Source of the DNA: Macrostomum lignano
Lineage: Eukaryota
DNA: 64,000 nt
Direction: 5' to 3'
Assembly (NCBI GenBank): GCA_002269645.1
Contig: NIVC01000051.1
Span: 496,001-560,000, forward strand
Below, one piece after another: positions 37,996-50,030 of the stretch (position 1 is its first letter; each line of letters begins with the position of its first letter). The position numbers were made by a program, and so were the translations under genes. The notes under the pieces were generated by a model. That model did no database searches, was not told where the DNA came from, and worked only from the letters and a program-made list of their open reading frames with translations.

Positions 37996-38643
37996 CCATA
38001 GTGTGGAAGGACGGGTATACGCCAGAAATCTCCGTCGTACACAGGGATTGCCTGTCGTACATGTCGTACATCGCTAATTTTTGGGGGCGCTATGTCGTAC
38101 ACTGTCGTACATGTAAACATGTTATATGTCTGTCTGTCGTACACTTGTCAATGTCATATGACTCATACATGAAGTATAGACATAGTTAGTATTCCTTTGA
38201 TAGACAATCGGACACCAGTACCAGATACTCGTAGTCTCGTAACTAACTCATAACATCGTTGTTAATGTATTGCGTTGAAGCAAAGAAGTAAAAATTCAAT
38301 AGTTGCACTTTTCCACTCAAAGGGTAATTTAAATTATCAGTATTATATTTGTATAAACTCTTAAATTCAATTTTATTGGCGCAAAACTATACTTGACATT
38401 GCAAGCAGAAAAGTACAATATATCTGTTGTTTTACTTTGCATATAAAAAAAACGCAATATCAAGAATTTCCCACACCTACCCACATATGTAAGTGCCACT
38501 ATTTTTGTCGTACAGCACTTCCTTAAACTCTAACTCTGTCGTACAACACTAGTACCATTTTCCAATCCCTGTCGTACTGTCGTACAACAGGCCGAAATGA
38601 AAATTTACCTTCCGTCGTATACAGAAATCCTTCCGCACTATGG
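37996..38643. mobile_element. MITE B with 8-bp TSD and subterminal TGTCGTAC motifs, in the 3' LTR
   Basis: TIR ccatagtgtggaagga / tccttccgcactatgg; TSD cttgctat / ctcgctat; empty site cttgctattaagg at 31430 in the 5' LTR. Confidence 0.88.
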
Positions 38644-38846
38644 CTCGCTATTAAGGCCTAGTGCCAAGTGAACAGTTTGTTCTAAAAATAGCCACTGAGT
38701 CAGCCTTGTTCATTTAGAGATGTGCAGTCTCCGCCTTCTCTCTCCTTCCCCCAGCAGAACAGGTGTACAGCCTTTCCTACCGCCCTACATTCCAGGACCC
38801 GTTAATTTAGACTGGCGCTCTGCCAAATTCCTAGCTCAATAGCTTA

Positions 38847-40589
38847 CAAGGACCACTAGAAGTTACCGTTGTATAAGGACGCAACACTCGTAAATATTGC
38901 AAAACTACTTGAAGGCCCGCTTGTTTACGTGTATTTATCGGTACTTGCCTTCAAAAAAGTATTCTACTTGACTGTTTTAAAGAAGCATGCACTACATTTG
39001 AGCCTCAGAAGCTCCATAAATAGGTGTATTTATACTTTATTTAGGCTTTAATCTGTTAAATCTAGATATTTTAAGTAATTATGTCATTATATGCAACTTT
39101 GCAACTCAATCGTTTTAAAATTTCTGAAGTTTTTATGCCCACAGCAGACATACTATATAAATTGGTGAAAGCGTGAGAAAAGGATCAGATGGGCTTCTAA
39201 CTAGTTTACTATCAACAAAAAGTAATATTTTTAGCTTATAAGCTTAGCCTTTAGCTGTATGACTAAGTTATAGCCCTATCATACTAAAACTTTAAATGCT
39301 ACTAGCCTAGGCCTAACATGATAAAATTCTATTCTGTTACTGTTTTGAAATAGGCCTAGTTCACAATTAAATCTATATAGTTGATTACTTACAATGGTTA
39401 CAGGACAACATTCTAATACTTATATAGTTTAGATTGGTATAGCATAATGTAATATAGTGGATAGAATCCTTGTTAGTTTTTTGCAAGAAAGTTTTATATA
39501 GAAGTTTATAAATTCCATATTATACAATTTCAATTAGTAATTAATTAATAAAAGTAATATTAATTAATTAATTAATTAATATAATATTAATTAATTGAGT
39601 AATTAATTAGTAATTAATCAATCAGTAGTCCTTAAATGGCCATTAATTTTTTTTATATTATTAATTATACTGGATTAATTATATTATTTTACTAAGCTGA
39701 AGTTTTATGTTTAAAACTGAAGTCTAGGGTAAAAGAATAATGTTTTCACTATATATTAACATGACAAATAGAAAAAAAAACATTTTAGCCTAGGCTAAAC
39801 TTGAAGACAAATATAGCTGTACACAGTAAGTATTATAGACAATATGTTTTTTGTTTATTTAGCAATATGGCTTGTAGTTTTTATAGCTTTTGTTGTTAAT
39901 ACAATAATATTTTGAAGCCTAAGATATTTATTTCCTTACTTATTAAGACAGTTTTGTATAGTAGGATATATACTATTGTTAGATTTATCTTAAAGGTATT
40001 GCCCTAACTATAGGCCTAGCTTTGGCGGGAGGGAGGGAGGAGGAGAGAGGAGGGAAAGAGAAAAATAGGGGAAAGAGAAGCAAGCGGAGAGGGAAGAGAT
40101 GAGAAGGAGAAAGAAGAGAGATGAGATAAGAGAGAAAGGAAAAAGTAGAGAAGAGAGTACAGATTAGAGAGCAGAGTAGAGAGAAAAGAGAAGAGAAAAA
40201 AGGAGAAAGGAGAGATGGAGAAATTAAAGGGAAGAGAAAGGAGGAGAAAGGAGAGATGGAAAAAGTAAAGGGAAGAGAAAAGAGATAAGATTGTAGAAAT
40301 GAGAGAGATGAAAGAAGAGATGAGATAAAGGAGAGTGGAGAGAAAAGAGAGGGAGAGTAGAGAAGAAGGTAGGTAGAGAAGAGAAGAGAAAGGAAAGAGA
40401 GGAGTCAAAAGAGGGGAAAGAAAAGAGTACAGAGGAGAGATAGATATGAGAGAAGAAATGAGACAGGAAAGAGTAGATAGGAGAGAGAATCGAGAAGAGA
40501 GGAGAGAGGATCGAGAAGAGGGAGGAGTAGAAAGATGATAGGAGAGATAAGAAATGAGAACAGAGACAGGAGAGGGGAGAAGAGGAAAT

Positions 40590-40636
<47 letters not shown>

Positions 40637-41581
40637 CTACCTAACCTAATCTAGTTTTTTATCAGTGCAATAGAGAGAGAATTAACTAGAAACAAATATT
40701 TTGTCGTTCATTGCAAAGCAGATATTTATTGATCTCACATTGGTTTCATTCCAGGTGTGCCAATTCATCCAATCAGATAGATGTTCATCCATCAATGTCT
40801 GATGAGCTACCATGGTGAAGTACAGTACTTATGATTCATTATGCTTTGTGATTTCAAGAGATTTTTTGGACAGAATGACTCGATTGATATGGAAGTTCAA
40901 GTTTAAAATACATACATAGGCTTACTGTTAGTTTTTTGCTTAGTTTTCTTATTTCGCATGCATTTTTATGAAATTAGAAGTTTTTATATCGAAAGTGAAC
41001 TTTAATACAAATAAAGTTGGTGATACTGTACAAGTTTTATTTGACTCCTACTGTTCATTTGAACAGCAAAAGAAAGATTATGAATGTTGGAGTCCTTGTT
41101 GGGCTGGTGTGCCAAGAATTCAAAAATACTACGCCTTTCTTGATTTTGATAATACTGGTTTTTGATAGTGAAGTGTATAACGCCTTTGCAGCCTGCTCAA
41201 CTCTGTACAGATTATCTGCTTTATAAAGCTTCAAAACTGCAGGATATAAAGCATGGTCTGCTACTTTATCGAGACTAGGAGGCTATGGTTGAAAAAACAA
41301 ACTTTATATTCATTTTTACTGCAATGAAATATTGCGTATTGCCGTTACTTTACTGTACACCCGCCGCTCTTACATGTAGATATAGCGCCAAACTTTGCAT
41401 CATGTGAAAGAGAACAAAATTTTGAGCAACCTGGCGAAAAAATTATCATTCTAGGTGCAACCAGTCCGGAGTTATGAGCATTTAAAGTTTAGCTGCAATG
41501 CAAACAAGCGGGCCTTCAAATAATTTTGCAATATTTACAAGTGTTGTGTCCTGATACAACGGTAACTTCTAGTGGTCCTTG
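38847..41581. mobile_element. Non-autonomous DNA transposon with 80-bp TIRs (hAT/P-like), in the 3' LTR
   Basis: caaggaccactagaagttaccgttgtat... at 38847-38926 and its reverse complement at 41502-41581 (5 mismatches); perfect TSD atagctta; empty site at about 31690. Confidence 0.9.
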
Positions 41582-43159
41582 ATAGCTTATTTGCTCAGCC
41601 TTTTCCTAATTTGATCATTTTGTTAGGCGTAGTGCCTTCATACCTATTAGACGCCATCCCCTCCATGAAATTATTCCCTATTAGTTGCAAGACCCTCTAT
41701 TAGTATAGTGTGTTGATTCTTTAGGCAACTCTGATCCATCGCGAAGCCCTTATCTACCCCAGTTATTTTTCCCCAGACTGAGTAGAAAATTGTGTCTTGC
41801 CGCTTGGACACACCACATCACCAGGAGCAACCTAAGGCTACCTTACTCCTGTTAGTAGAATAAATTGCCTTTTCCTCCCCAAATCCTAGGAAACACTCGG
41901 AAAATCCCCAGTAGGCCTAACCCCAACCCCTATAACAAATTTGGTAGTAGCGTTGTGATAGGAATGCAGACAGAAGTTAACCCTGTAACACTAACTTTTT
42001 TAATCAAATTAAATGCCTATTCATCTTACTACTAGGGGCCTACATTGCAAAATATTAATAACCTAAAATATGAGCTGCACTATCTTATATATTGTGCAAC
42101 ACTAGGCCTAACAGCTTGCAATTTGCTTTGCACACCCAGCATGTGGCTACATATCAGTGGGAATGACTAAGGGGCCTATATGCCAATCTGCATATGGAGC
42201 AGATTTTTAAAAGCCAATGCTTGCAGGAATTTTCACCAAAAAGGGCCTCCAAAAGACTATGGGAAGTGATAACAAAAATAAATTAGAAAACACTTATTTT
42301 TTGACAGTATATTTAATATTCAGGCCTATAATTATACAACTATTATTAGGCTTATCTAGATTTTAGGCCAAGACAATATATAAATAGAGAAAAAAACATG
42401 CTACAAAAAGAATGTCTATTTATTAAAAAAATATATGCAATGCAACAACATACCATTTACCTAGTAGGCTTTACTTTGTATATTGTAGGCCCTACTTTAT
42501 AACTCATAGGCCTAACTTGCTAGGCCTATTGTTCTATTTTATAGGCCTTCTTGCCTATGATCCTAGGCAAGTATTATTTTAAGGGTAGATTTATAAGAAA
42601 ACTGACAAAATAGTATTAACAAATGATAATATATATTATAGCCTATGTCTTTGGTAGGCCTGTGCTATACAGATTTAATTGGGAGTGCGAGTAGTAGCAG
42701 CAAGTGGGGGGCCTACTGCGTAACTGCCATTGCCATACTGGGTACTGGAATGAATTGAATCTTGGCTTTTATTTATTTCATGCCTTTTTAGCTAGGCCCT
42801 ATGCTACGGCTACGGCTAGGCCTATGCCCTAGTCACGCCTGGCTGTTTCCTATTTTTTCAGTTCAGATGGTTGTGTTGGGCTCAGCTAGGTCAGATGTCA
42901 CAACTGAAGCTGCATGCACACGCTTTTTTCACCATCAGTTGGGGAAAGTTTCTTAGAAAGTCTACAAAAATTACGCGTTTCAATTGATTAAGTTTTGCGT
43001 TAGTTGGTGTGATTGTCTGAAAGGAACGGATACAAAAACAAGTTACAGAATAGCATACACCAGGCAAAGAGACCTGGAGGTTCGGCTGAGTGCAATGAGA
43101 GTATACGTATATGTACACATGCTAAATTACTTATATTTGCTTTTTGGGCTTGGGACCAG

Positions 43160-43312
43160 ACTGGGACCTGCCGTCGCCCCCCGCGCAGCTGCGACCTCGG
43201 TCGAGGCCCACAAACTAGCCAAGTACACCGACCTGGGCGACCACTACTACCTTCAGTCGGTCGCTGTGGAGACTCTCGGCGCCTTTGGCACCCATGCCCT
43301 GGAGTATAATTG
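43160..43312 (+). pseudogene. Fragment of a non-LTR retrotransposon restriction-like endonuclease C-terminus (CRE/R2-like)
   Basis: AATSVEAHKLAKYTDLGDHYYLQSVAVETLGAFGTHALE fits the AE..K..KY..L...F.P.AVET.G.WG pattern. Confidence 0.55.
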
Positions 43313-45749
43313 TTTCCGCTGTTGCGGCCCGTATCCGCGCCCATTCATGGGGAACGGGGGACCCGGGTGCGCATCTTAAGAACAAAATTAAGAACAAAAG
43401 AATAAAAAAGAATTTAGGCCGGGGGTACATTTGGCTAGTCCACAGTGCTTTTGCACTGCTCAAAGAAACTAACCCCCCCCCCCCTAATGCCTAATTATCA
43501 CACATGCATTGCCTTTGTGCTATTGTGAAGGCCTGTAGTGGTGAATACAAGAAATCATGGTCAACTGTACTCTAGCGACTAATAAAAACACAGAAACAAA
43601 ATTTCAATTCATACGATACGCTCCATACGATTTTTGGGCGTTCTTCCTGGGCTCCTATAGAAGAGAGAATCAGCTAGTGGATAAGCGCGCGTCGGCCCAC
43701 GTCGCCGACGCCGGATTGCTGCTGTACGGGAGGGGCATGCAATCACTTTATGGCAGTAAATTGATGAGGACGCACTTTTTTCCAAACCCCGCGCTAGCAC
43801 ATGGGCTCTAAACTTACTAGCCTACTACATTTAACAGTGGGCAATGGGCATTTTTATCCTTTTCCTGCGAATTGTCATAGAATCTATACTAGATATAATG
43901 TTTGGTCATACTAGTAGTCATAATAACATAGGCGCAGCTTTTTGGGTCATAAATCATCGATTTCGAAGCTGGTCTGACAGCCACCTGCACCTCACTCAGT
44001 GAGTGAGGTGACCTGCACCTAAACCTCACCTCAATTTCTATTTAATAAGAGCTTTCTAATGTATATTTTTTTCATTAATTTTTGTCAATTCTACGCGAAA
44101 AATCATAAATATTTTTTTGCGATTTTGATTGATTTATGGCCGCACCTGTCATATTTTTACGACCCCGAGGGAACTGATAGATCTCCCGGTCACGTGATTC
44201 TGGGTAGCAACCAGCCTAGCCAATCAGAAAATTCGGCGCTTATTTTAACAAAACGGCTCAGCCAATCAGAATCGACGTGTTCCATTAAAACAAACTGCGG
44301 TCCAGTTGGCGGCTATTTAAACTGGTGTTTTTGGCCCGCTCGGACCTGCAACTCCTCCTGGGACCATAGCCTGGATTGAGACGTCCCGGAGCGCGACCGT
44401 CGTTTCTTGATCCCCGGATTGCGACCTCCCCCATCATCATCAAGGACGAGTCCCCCGGTCATCAGCAGCGAACATCAAAGTTAAGAGCATCACCTGCTAG
44501 CTATCTGCGAAGACCGTGACATCAGCTGATCAGCACCATCCCGGGTCTACAGCTGCGAAGCACTAAGCCGATTCGGTCACTGTGGATTACCTGGTCTCCG
44601 GCTGTTGAGTTTCTGATTGGTTGGGTGAGAGGCTGCCTAGACTTGCTTGATTGGGTGATTCCTTATCTGTCCCCTGTTTCAGTAGCTGGATTAGGCGCAC
44701 AATTTTGCTCTTTTTGTTCAATAGTGCTGTTGCTGAGGCAGAAGTCATTCAATAATACTGCTAGTAGTCTAAAACTCCAATTCAATCTGAAGTGTGAAGT
44801 GATCTGAGTAGAAAGTTAAATCTGACAGTTATTTTTATCGGTTTTATTTCTTTGTTCGCCGATGGCTCAGATGAATAGCTAAGCTAGTAGGCGCCAGTCA
44901 CAGTGGACCAATGGCAAGGAAGTTCTCAGTCGATCAATCTATCAAACCAGTTAGCGAATTTGCCAAAAGTGCAGAATCGGCTCTAGAGATGTACTCTGTG
45001 CACTCTAGGTTAGCCAAGCGGCTCGGTCTCTGAAGTTCGAGTTAGTCTATCATCAGCGCTATGAGAGGCTAGTTGGCGCGTTGAAGGCCAAAAGTACAAT
45101 TCCTCGTATTTAGCAATGTAATAGTACATGTAGCTACCCCATAGACTCGCCACTGCAAGAATCCCCTGCACAAGTCCCCTCTGTACCTGCATGGCCAATG
45201 CGATCAAGTCCCAGCAGTGTCCCTTAACATCGGCTATGACTTCGAGATTGACAGCAAAAAGACACTAGTTGGCAGGTAAGTGCAAAGCCCCTTCTAGTTG
45301 GAAGCCCGATTTCGAGAGTCCCGGTGTGGTGAGCCAGGACGTACGGGCTGGTGGCAGCGAGTTGGCTAATCTGCGGATTAACAAATTTCTACCTTCAAAA
45401 TTCTCCCTGCTTGTCTCCCGCTGTCCCTCTCTTAGCTATAGGACCTAGACTGCTCGCCACACGATCAAGCTACCATGGGGCTGACCATCTGACAGGAGTG
45501 GGTGGCCAGGACTCTAATTGATTTATTTCTGAGACCTGAGGCCCGAAGGCTTCCCCACAAGGGGGCCGAAAGGTCGAAACCCATCAAAATGCTCAACAGT
45601 CAAGTGGCTTGGCAACCAAAAGTCATTGGCAGTCGAATTGTGGCAGAAAAAGTCGTTGACCCCATCACATGATCAGCAATTTCCTTCCCGCGAGCCTAAG
45701 AATCTCAGCAACTTCCTTAGGACATTAGTTTAGTTCAACGCTTGAGACT

Positions 45750-45910
45750 TCGACACTGACGGACTCGCTCGATCAACAAGTTGACGCGGCACACGCTGCG
45801 AGGAGCGAGTTAACAACACGGCACTTTATCACCGCGACGCCCTGTCGGTCCAAGCGACCTGTTTGCGCCGTCACCGACTCCAGCTGGCAGGCCACATCAT
45901 CCGCGCAGGG
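45750..45910 (+). pseudogene. Fragment of a LINE (RTE-like) ORF2 C-terminus
   Basis: RVNNTALYHR...LRRHRLQLAGHIIR resembles the N..LY...R.RRL..AGH..R tail; followed by a short tacg/tatc repeat. Confidence 0.5.
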
Positions 45911-46598
45911 TCGAAGTATCTATACGTATCTACGTATATCTACGTATATACGTATTTATCTACGACCGTATCTAGCTCGTACGGTCGTAGTAGTACCTAT
46001 CGTAGCCACAGGCACCCTACTTGCAGGGACAGGCGCTCACTCAGCGTTTCGGCTTTTCGTTCGTGACCTGGCCCACCCTGTGGCGCTGCTTTCTAAAGAA
46101 ACTGACAGCGCATTTTGTTTCTGTTTTTTATTGTTGTTGTACTTCTTACATGGACCCTTTTTAGCCTTTGCAACTCAGCATTCCTATTTAATTGAGGCAT
46201 CTTCCTCAAAGCCTTAATATGCTACGAGCTACAAGGCCTTGTAAGACCAATAATCTTTCAGCAACAAAGCTGAAGCCCGAAGACTTAGGAGCAAGCTGAA
46301 TGTGCAATATGAAAACATCTGCAGGTTCTATATATCGCACATGAATTATTGCATTTTCAGTCTCAGACAGATTTAGATCGAGTCCAATCAGAAGAACGGC
46401 TCTATACTTAATAGTTCTAGTTTAGTCATGCATCGCTGAGTTTGTAACATCGCCATTCAGATGCAGATCGCAGATCGAGCTTCTCTAGCTAGCATATTTA
46501 TCAAATTTAAATGACGAGTGTGCTCAGTTTATACAAAAACAAATCTCATATCAGGTTCTCAGACACAGCAATAAGTGCTTTTTTGGGTCTTCAATTGC

Positions 46599-48280
46599 TT
46601 ACTGAATAAGCATTTCGAACTCTTTCATTGAGTAGGCATAGCCGAAGCGATAGTACCAACTGATGCCAGTGCCAAACGTGGGAACTCTGGCAGCCTCAGG
46701 CAGATTGTAGTAGAGTCCATTCCCATTGACGAGATGACATGCACGGTGCCACCAGGCTCCTTTGTAGATTTGAGGGCAGTTGCCTGCTAACAGATCATTA
46801 TCCGAGTCGAAGGTACTAAAACGCAGACCATTGTGAGTCGCCATCGAATCGCCAACCTGGTTTGATGAGCTCGAAAACCCGAACACCCTTAGACGAAATT
46901 TGTCAGTCTCGTCGGCAACAGAGAAGCTGCTGTACTCAGCCCAGTGCTCAGTGTCGTCCCACTTCTTCATACGTACGCGAAGAGTTCGAGCAGTTGGCGA
47001 AGTGAGCCAGTGAAGAGTTCGAAGGCCTGGAGTTGCAGAGATTTCGCATTTTATTTGATTTGATCGACTGGCATGATCGAACCGCAATAAAAAAGATCTG
47101 TCGGAAATGTCAAGGGTTGAAAAAGGCCGTAAATAAGGTCGTGCATTTTCGCAGCTCAACATCCACTTGCTCATGGTTGCTGTCGATCTGGACAAGGTGA
47201 CGCAAACCGTCTGTTTGACTACATACTAACCACGGCCAGCTCTTCTTAACTGGCTTACGTTGCTGCTTATGCTTACCTACTCTAGCCTATCAACCCGAGC
47301 TGGATAATATGCTGCTTTCTGAGCTATTCTAGATATCATAATATCAACATCAAGTATTTTTTGTATGGATTCATGTGAATTTTGCGCTTATTTTCGACTT
47401 GATGAAAACGGTTTCGCTACTAAAATTGAGAAGTATTTCCTAGATAACTGGAAAATTCATCTACATCTCAACATACGCACCAATCCAGAAGTTCCTGCTC
47501 GGCTCCTGACCAAATCCGACAGCATAGTCAGTCCAGTTCCGGTAGAAGTCAGTCGTATTGTCCACTCTGTGCTGAATTGTAGTCCAGCAGGTTTCCAGTG
47601 ACGTCACAAAAACCTGTAATAAATACATGTAACTCAATTGAGATAGAGTTTCAAGAAAAGAAACAGGTGGTAAATCACCAAATCAGTCAACTTACTTTCA
47701 TCGATGGTGTCTTGTCTAGTTTCATGGGGCTGTTTCTCGGCAGTTTGAGGCAGCGAGCTCGATAGGCTAAAAAAGCGCGTTGGTTTTCGATGAATTAAAG
47801 TTGAACCAATTAAGCTTCAAACAAAAATGAATGAAAGGAAAGCGTCCTTAAAGGCAGAGGAGATTAGAGAGAATAGAGCTGAATAGGAGACACAAAATCG
47901 AGCGTGCCGCATTGCCATTGTGAAGTTTCAAAGGACCCCGAGGACCGGATAGAGAGGCTTGGCGGGCCGTTGATTATGCCGACCCTTGAGCTAAGTTCAT
48001 TTTTGCGCTATTTCTGATATTATATTATAACCGACTCACCAAAGAAGCATTGGGGTTCTACTACTCGACTTCCACCGATGAAGACAAGAAGCTGATTGCT
48101 AAGCAGGTACTTGGCTGCAAAAGCAGTGCACTGCAACAAACTGTTTGCTTGGTTGGCGAACGATAGACTGAACTGGCGCACCTTATCACCTGACCAACTC
48201 GGGCTGTCAACTTCGTGCAGCTCAACAGCTGCAGCGACTGCTACTGAGCACAGAGTCAGCAGAGCTAGAAGCCGCTGCAT
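46599..48280 (-). CDS. Secreted fibrinogen-related domain protein (exons 48040-48280, 47696-47766, 47481-47613, 46599-47026)
   Basis: Signal peptide MQRLLALLTLCSVAVAAA; WTTIQHR...DFYRNWTDYAVGFG...FWIGLRTLH; FSTFDSDND, NCPQIYKGAWWHRACH, GISW. All three junctions keep phase. Confidence 0.9.
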
Positions 48281-49379
48281 GCTCGATTGACTGGGGTGAG
48301 TTGGTTGTTTCTCTGAAAATATGAGCACTGACAGGCAGTTCTGATGAGGCTGAGCCCTATAGCTACTGAAATAAAAGCTTGTTGATTGCTCTTATATATA
48401 TTATTCAGGCCCTAGAGGATGTGGCAGTTGCGACCAATGCTGGATCTGTTATTGACGGCTTTGCTAATGCATTGTGGGGAGAAAAATTATGAACGATAAT
48501 ACCTGCCTGACAGTTACGACTTGAAGTGGGGGGAGGGGTTGAAGCACTTGGGACAGAGCAGTCCAGCAAATTTAAAGTGGCTTAAAGTAACTCATATAAT
48601 ATGGTTAACCCTTCTCGTCGGTTTTTAGCGCTCATTTAGTTTTAATTGATAGGACCAAGCTTTTCAGTTGATAGAGTTCCATATCTATTTTTTTGACTCA
48701 GTATTTCTATAGCTAGCAGTTTTTTTCTATCCTGTCCCTGTTTTGCACTACTATCCTGACTGATAGGCACTGAGAGACTGTACGTACTTCAATTTAATTC
48801 GAGGGCTGTACAAAAAGTTCTGTGTATTACCTGATAATTATAATCAAATGATAGACAGCAATAAACAGACCCTGCATTGACTTCATGGCGCGGATGAAGA
48901 AGAAGAGGCTGAGGTCTGGGGAGTATCTGGCGAATACGGAGGAATTTCCCACAAGGACTACTCAAGTAACATATAACAAAAACGTTTAAAATAATGACAA
49001 GACCAATTAAGCATGAAAAATCGATTAATGCGTCATTAGAGCAGCATGTGAGGCACAAAATAGTGTGATTAGAACTTTCTCTAACACTGTTAAGAGACCC
49101 AATCACTGTTTTAGTGTTGAAAATCGTGAAATTTTCTATCTCCGTAGTGTATTTTTCTGGTGAAACCTGCCTTTAAAAATATTTCTGAACGAAAAGCTTT
49201 ACACATTCGATAGAGCAATAAGAAAGGCACAACATATCAAAAGATAAACACTGGGTCTGCCTCCTATCAAAAGCAATAACAATTTTTGTGCTGAAAATAT
49301 TAAAACCCCCTATCTCTGTAGTGTAATTTTTCGGCAAAAAGTTGCCTTCAAAACATTTACCATAGATTTCGAGTGTTGC

Positions 49380-49630
49380 GTCCTTCTACTTAAGTTTGTC
49401 CTTGATTTCCCACCCCATGATTCGATGGCTGTCAGCGCTCTCATGCTTCCTATGTTCCAATGAGGAGCTGCATTGTAAGAATTGCCCCCATCCCTCAATT
49501 GGAGTCCTCTCCAATGATACGATGCGTTTGCTGCATCAAATCGAAGATCTCATTTGGTTAGCACCCATGCAGAACACATGAAACTTGATTATGGCTCGCT
49601 GATCGTGTGCAACTAAGTCAGCCATGGTGG
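49380..49630 (-). pseudogene. Possible decayed Tc1/mariner transposase N-terminus
   Basis: DQRAIIKF...EIFDLMQQT recalls the mariner helix-turn-helix start; multiple frameshifts and no TIR found. Confidence 0.3.
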
Positions 49631-50030
49631 TGCAGGAAAGTATTTACTATGCAGGTTAAAAATGATTTTAAGACGTAAAACCGAAGCTATCAGCTCTGTA
49701 CATATATAAAGTTGTCTATGGCGAATCATAGAATGGCGAATCATAAATCATAGCCTTCAATCATTCATTGTTGAAGAGTGAGAATAAAATTTAAATTAAA
49801 ATGAAACCTTCATGTCGCATTTAGCGAGAATTTAGCAATCAAAGTGTTGTTTCGTCTTTCTTCATGTCGCATAGTATTAGACAGCTCGTATAGAGCAAAG
49901 AAACATGAATAGAATTGTTTAGTTTTAATCCGTTTTACTGCATTTGCTCGTGTATGAAAAGTCGTATTGAATGGGTATATAATTTTCGTTGATTGTGGAG
50001 TTTCATCCAATTAATAAGCTCCTATTCAAT

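Larger units (their letters stand above)
31095..41990 (+). mobile_element. Decayed Ty3/gypsy LTR retrotransposon; 5' LTR 31095-32084, 3' LTR 34984-41990 (interrupted three times)
   Basis: LTR ends TGTA(G/A)CAGG...CCTGTAACA; 4-bp TSD ctaa (31091-31094, 41991-41994); PBS tggtggcagc at 32089, complementary to a tRNA-Leu 3' end; gag-like and protease remnants; no RT, RNase H or integrase seen. Confidence 0.85.

Noticed and set aside
40797-40825. Hammerhead at ctgatgagctaccatggtgaag
   Set aside because: GAAG instead of GAAA, stem II does not abut the core, and there are no stems I or III.
44395-44472. Minus-strand hammerhead (CTGATGA...GAAACGACGGTC)
   Set aside because: Stem II is not adjacent to GAAA and stem I cannot pair.
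44500-44520. Spliced-leader RNA gene because of ctgcgaagac
   Set aside because: Only a 10-nt resemblance to a remembered SL, with no ATG|GT donor or Sm site following.
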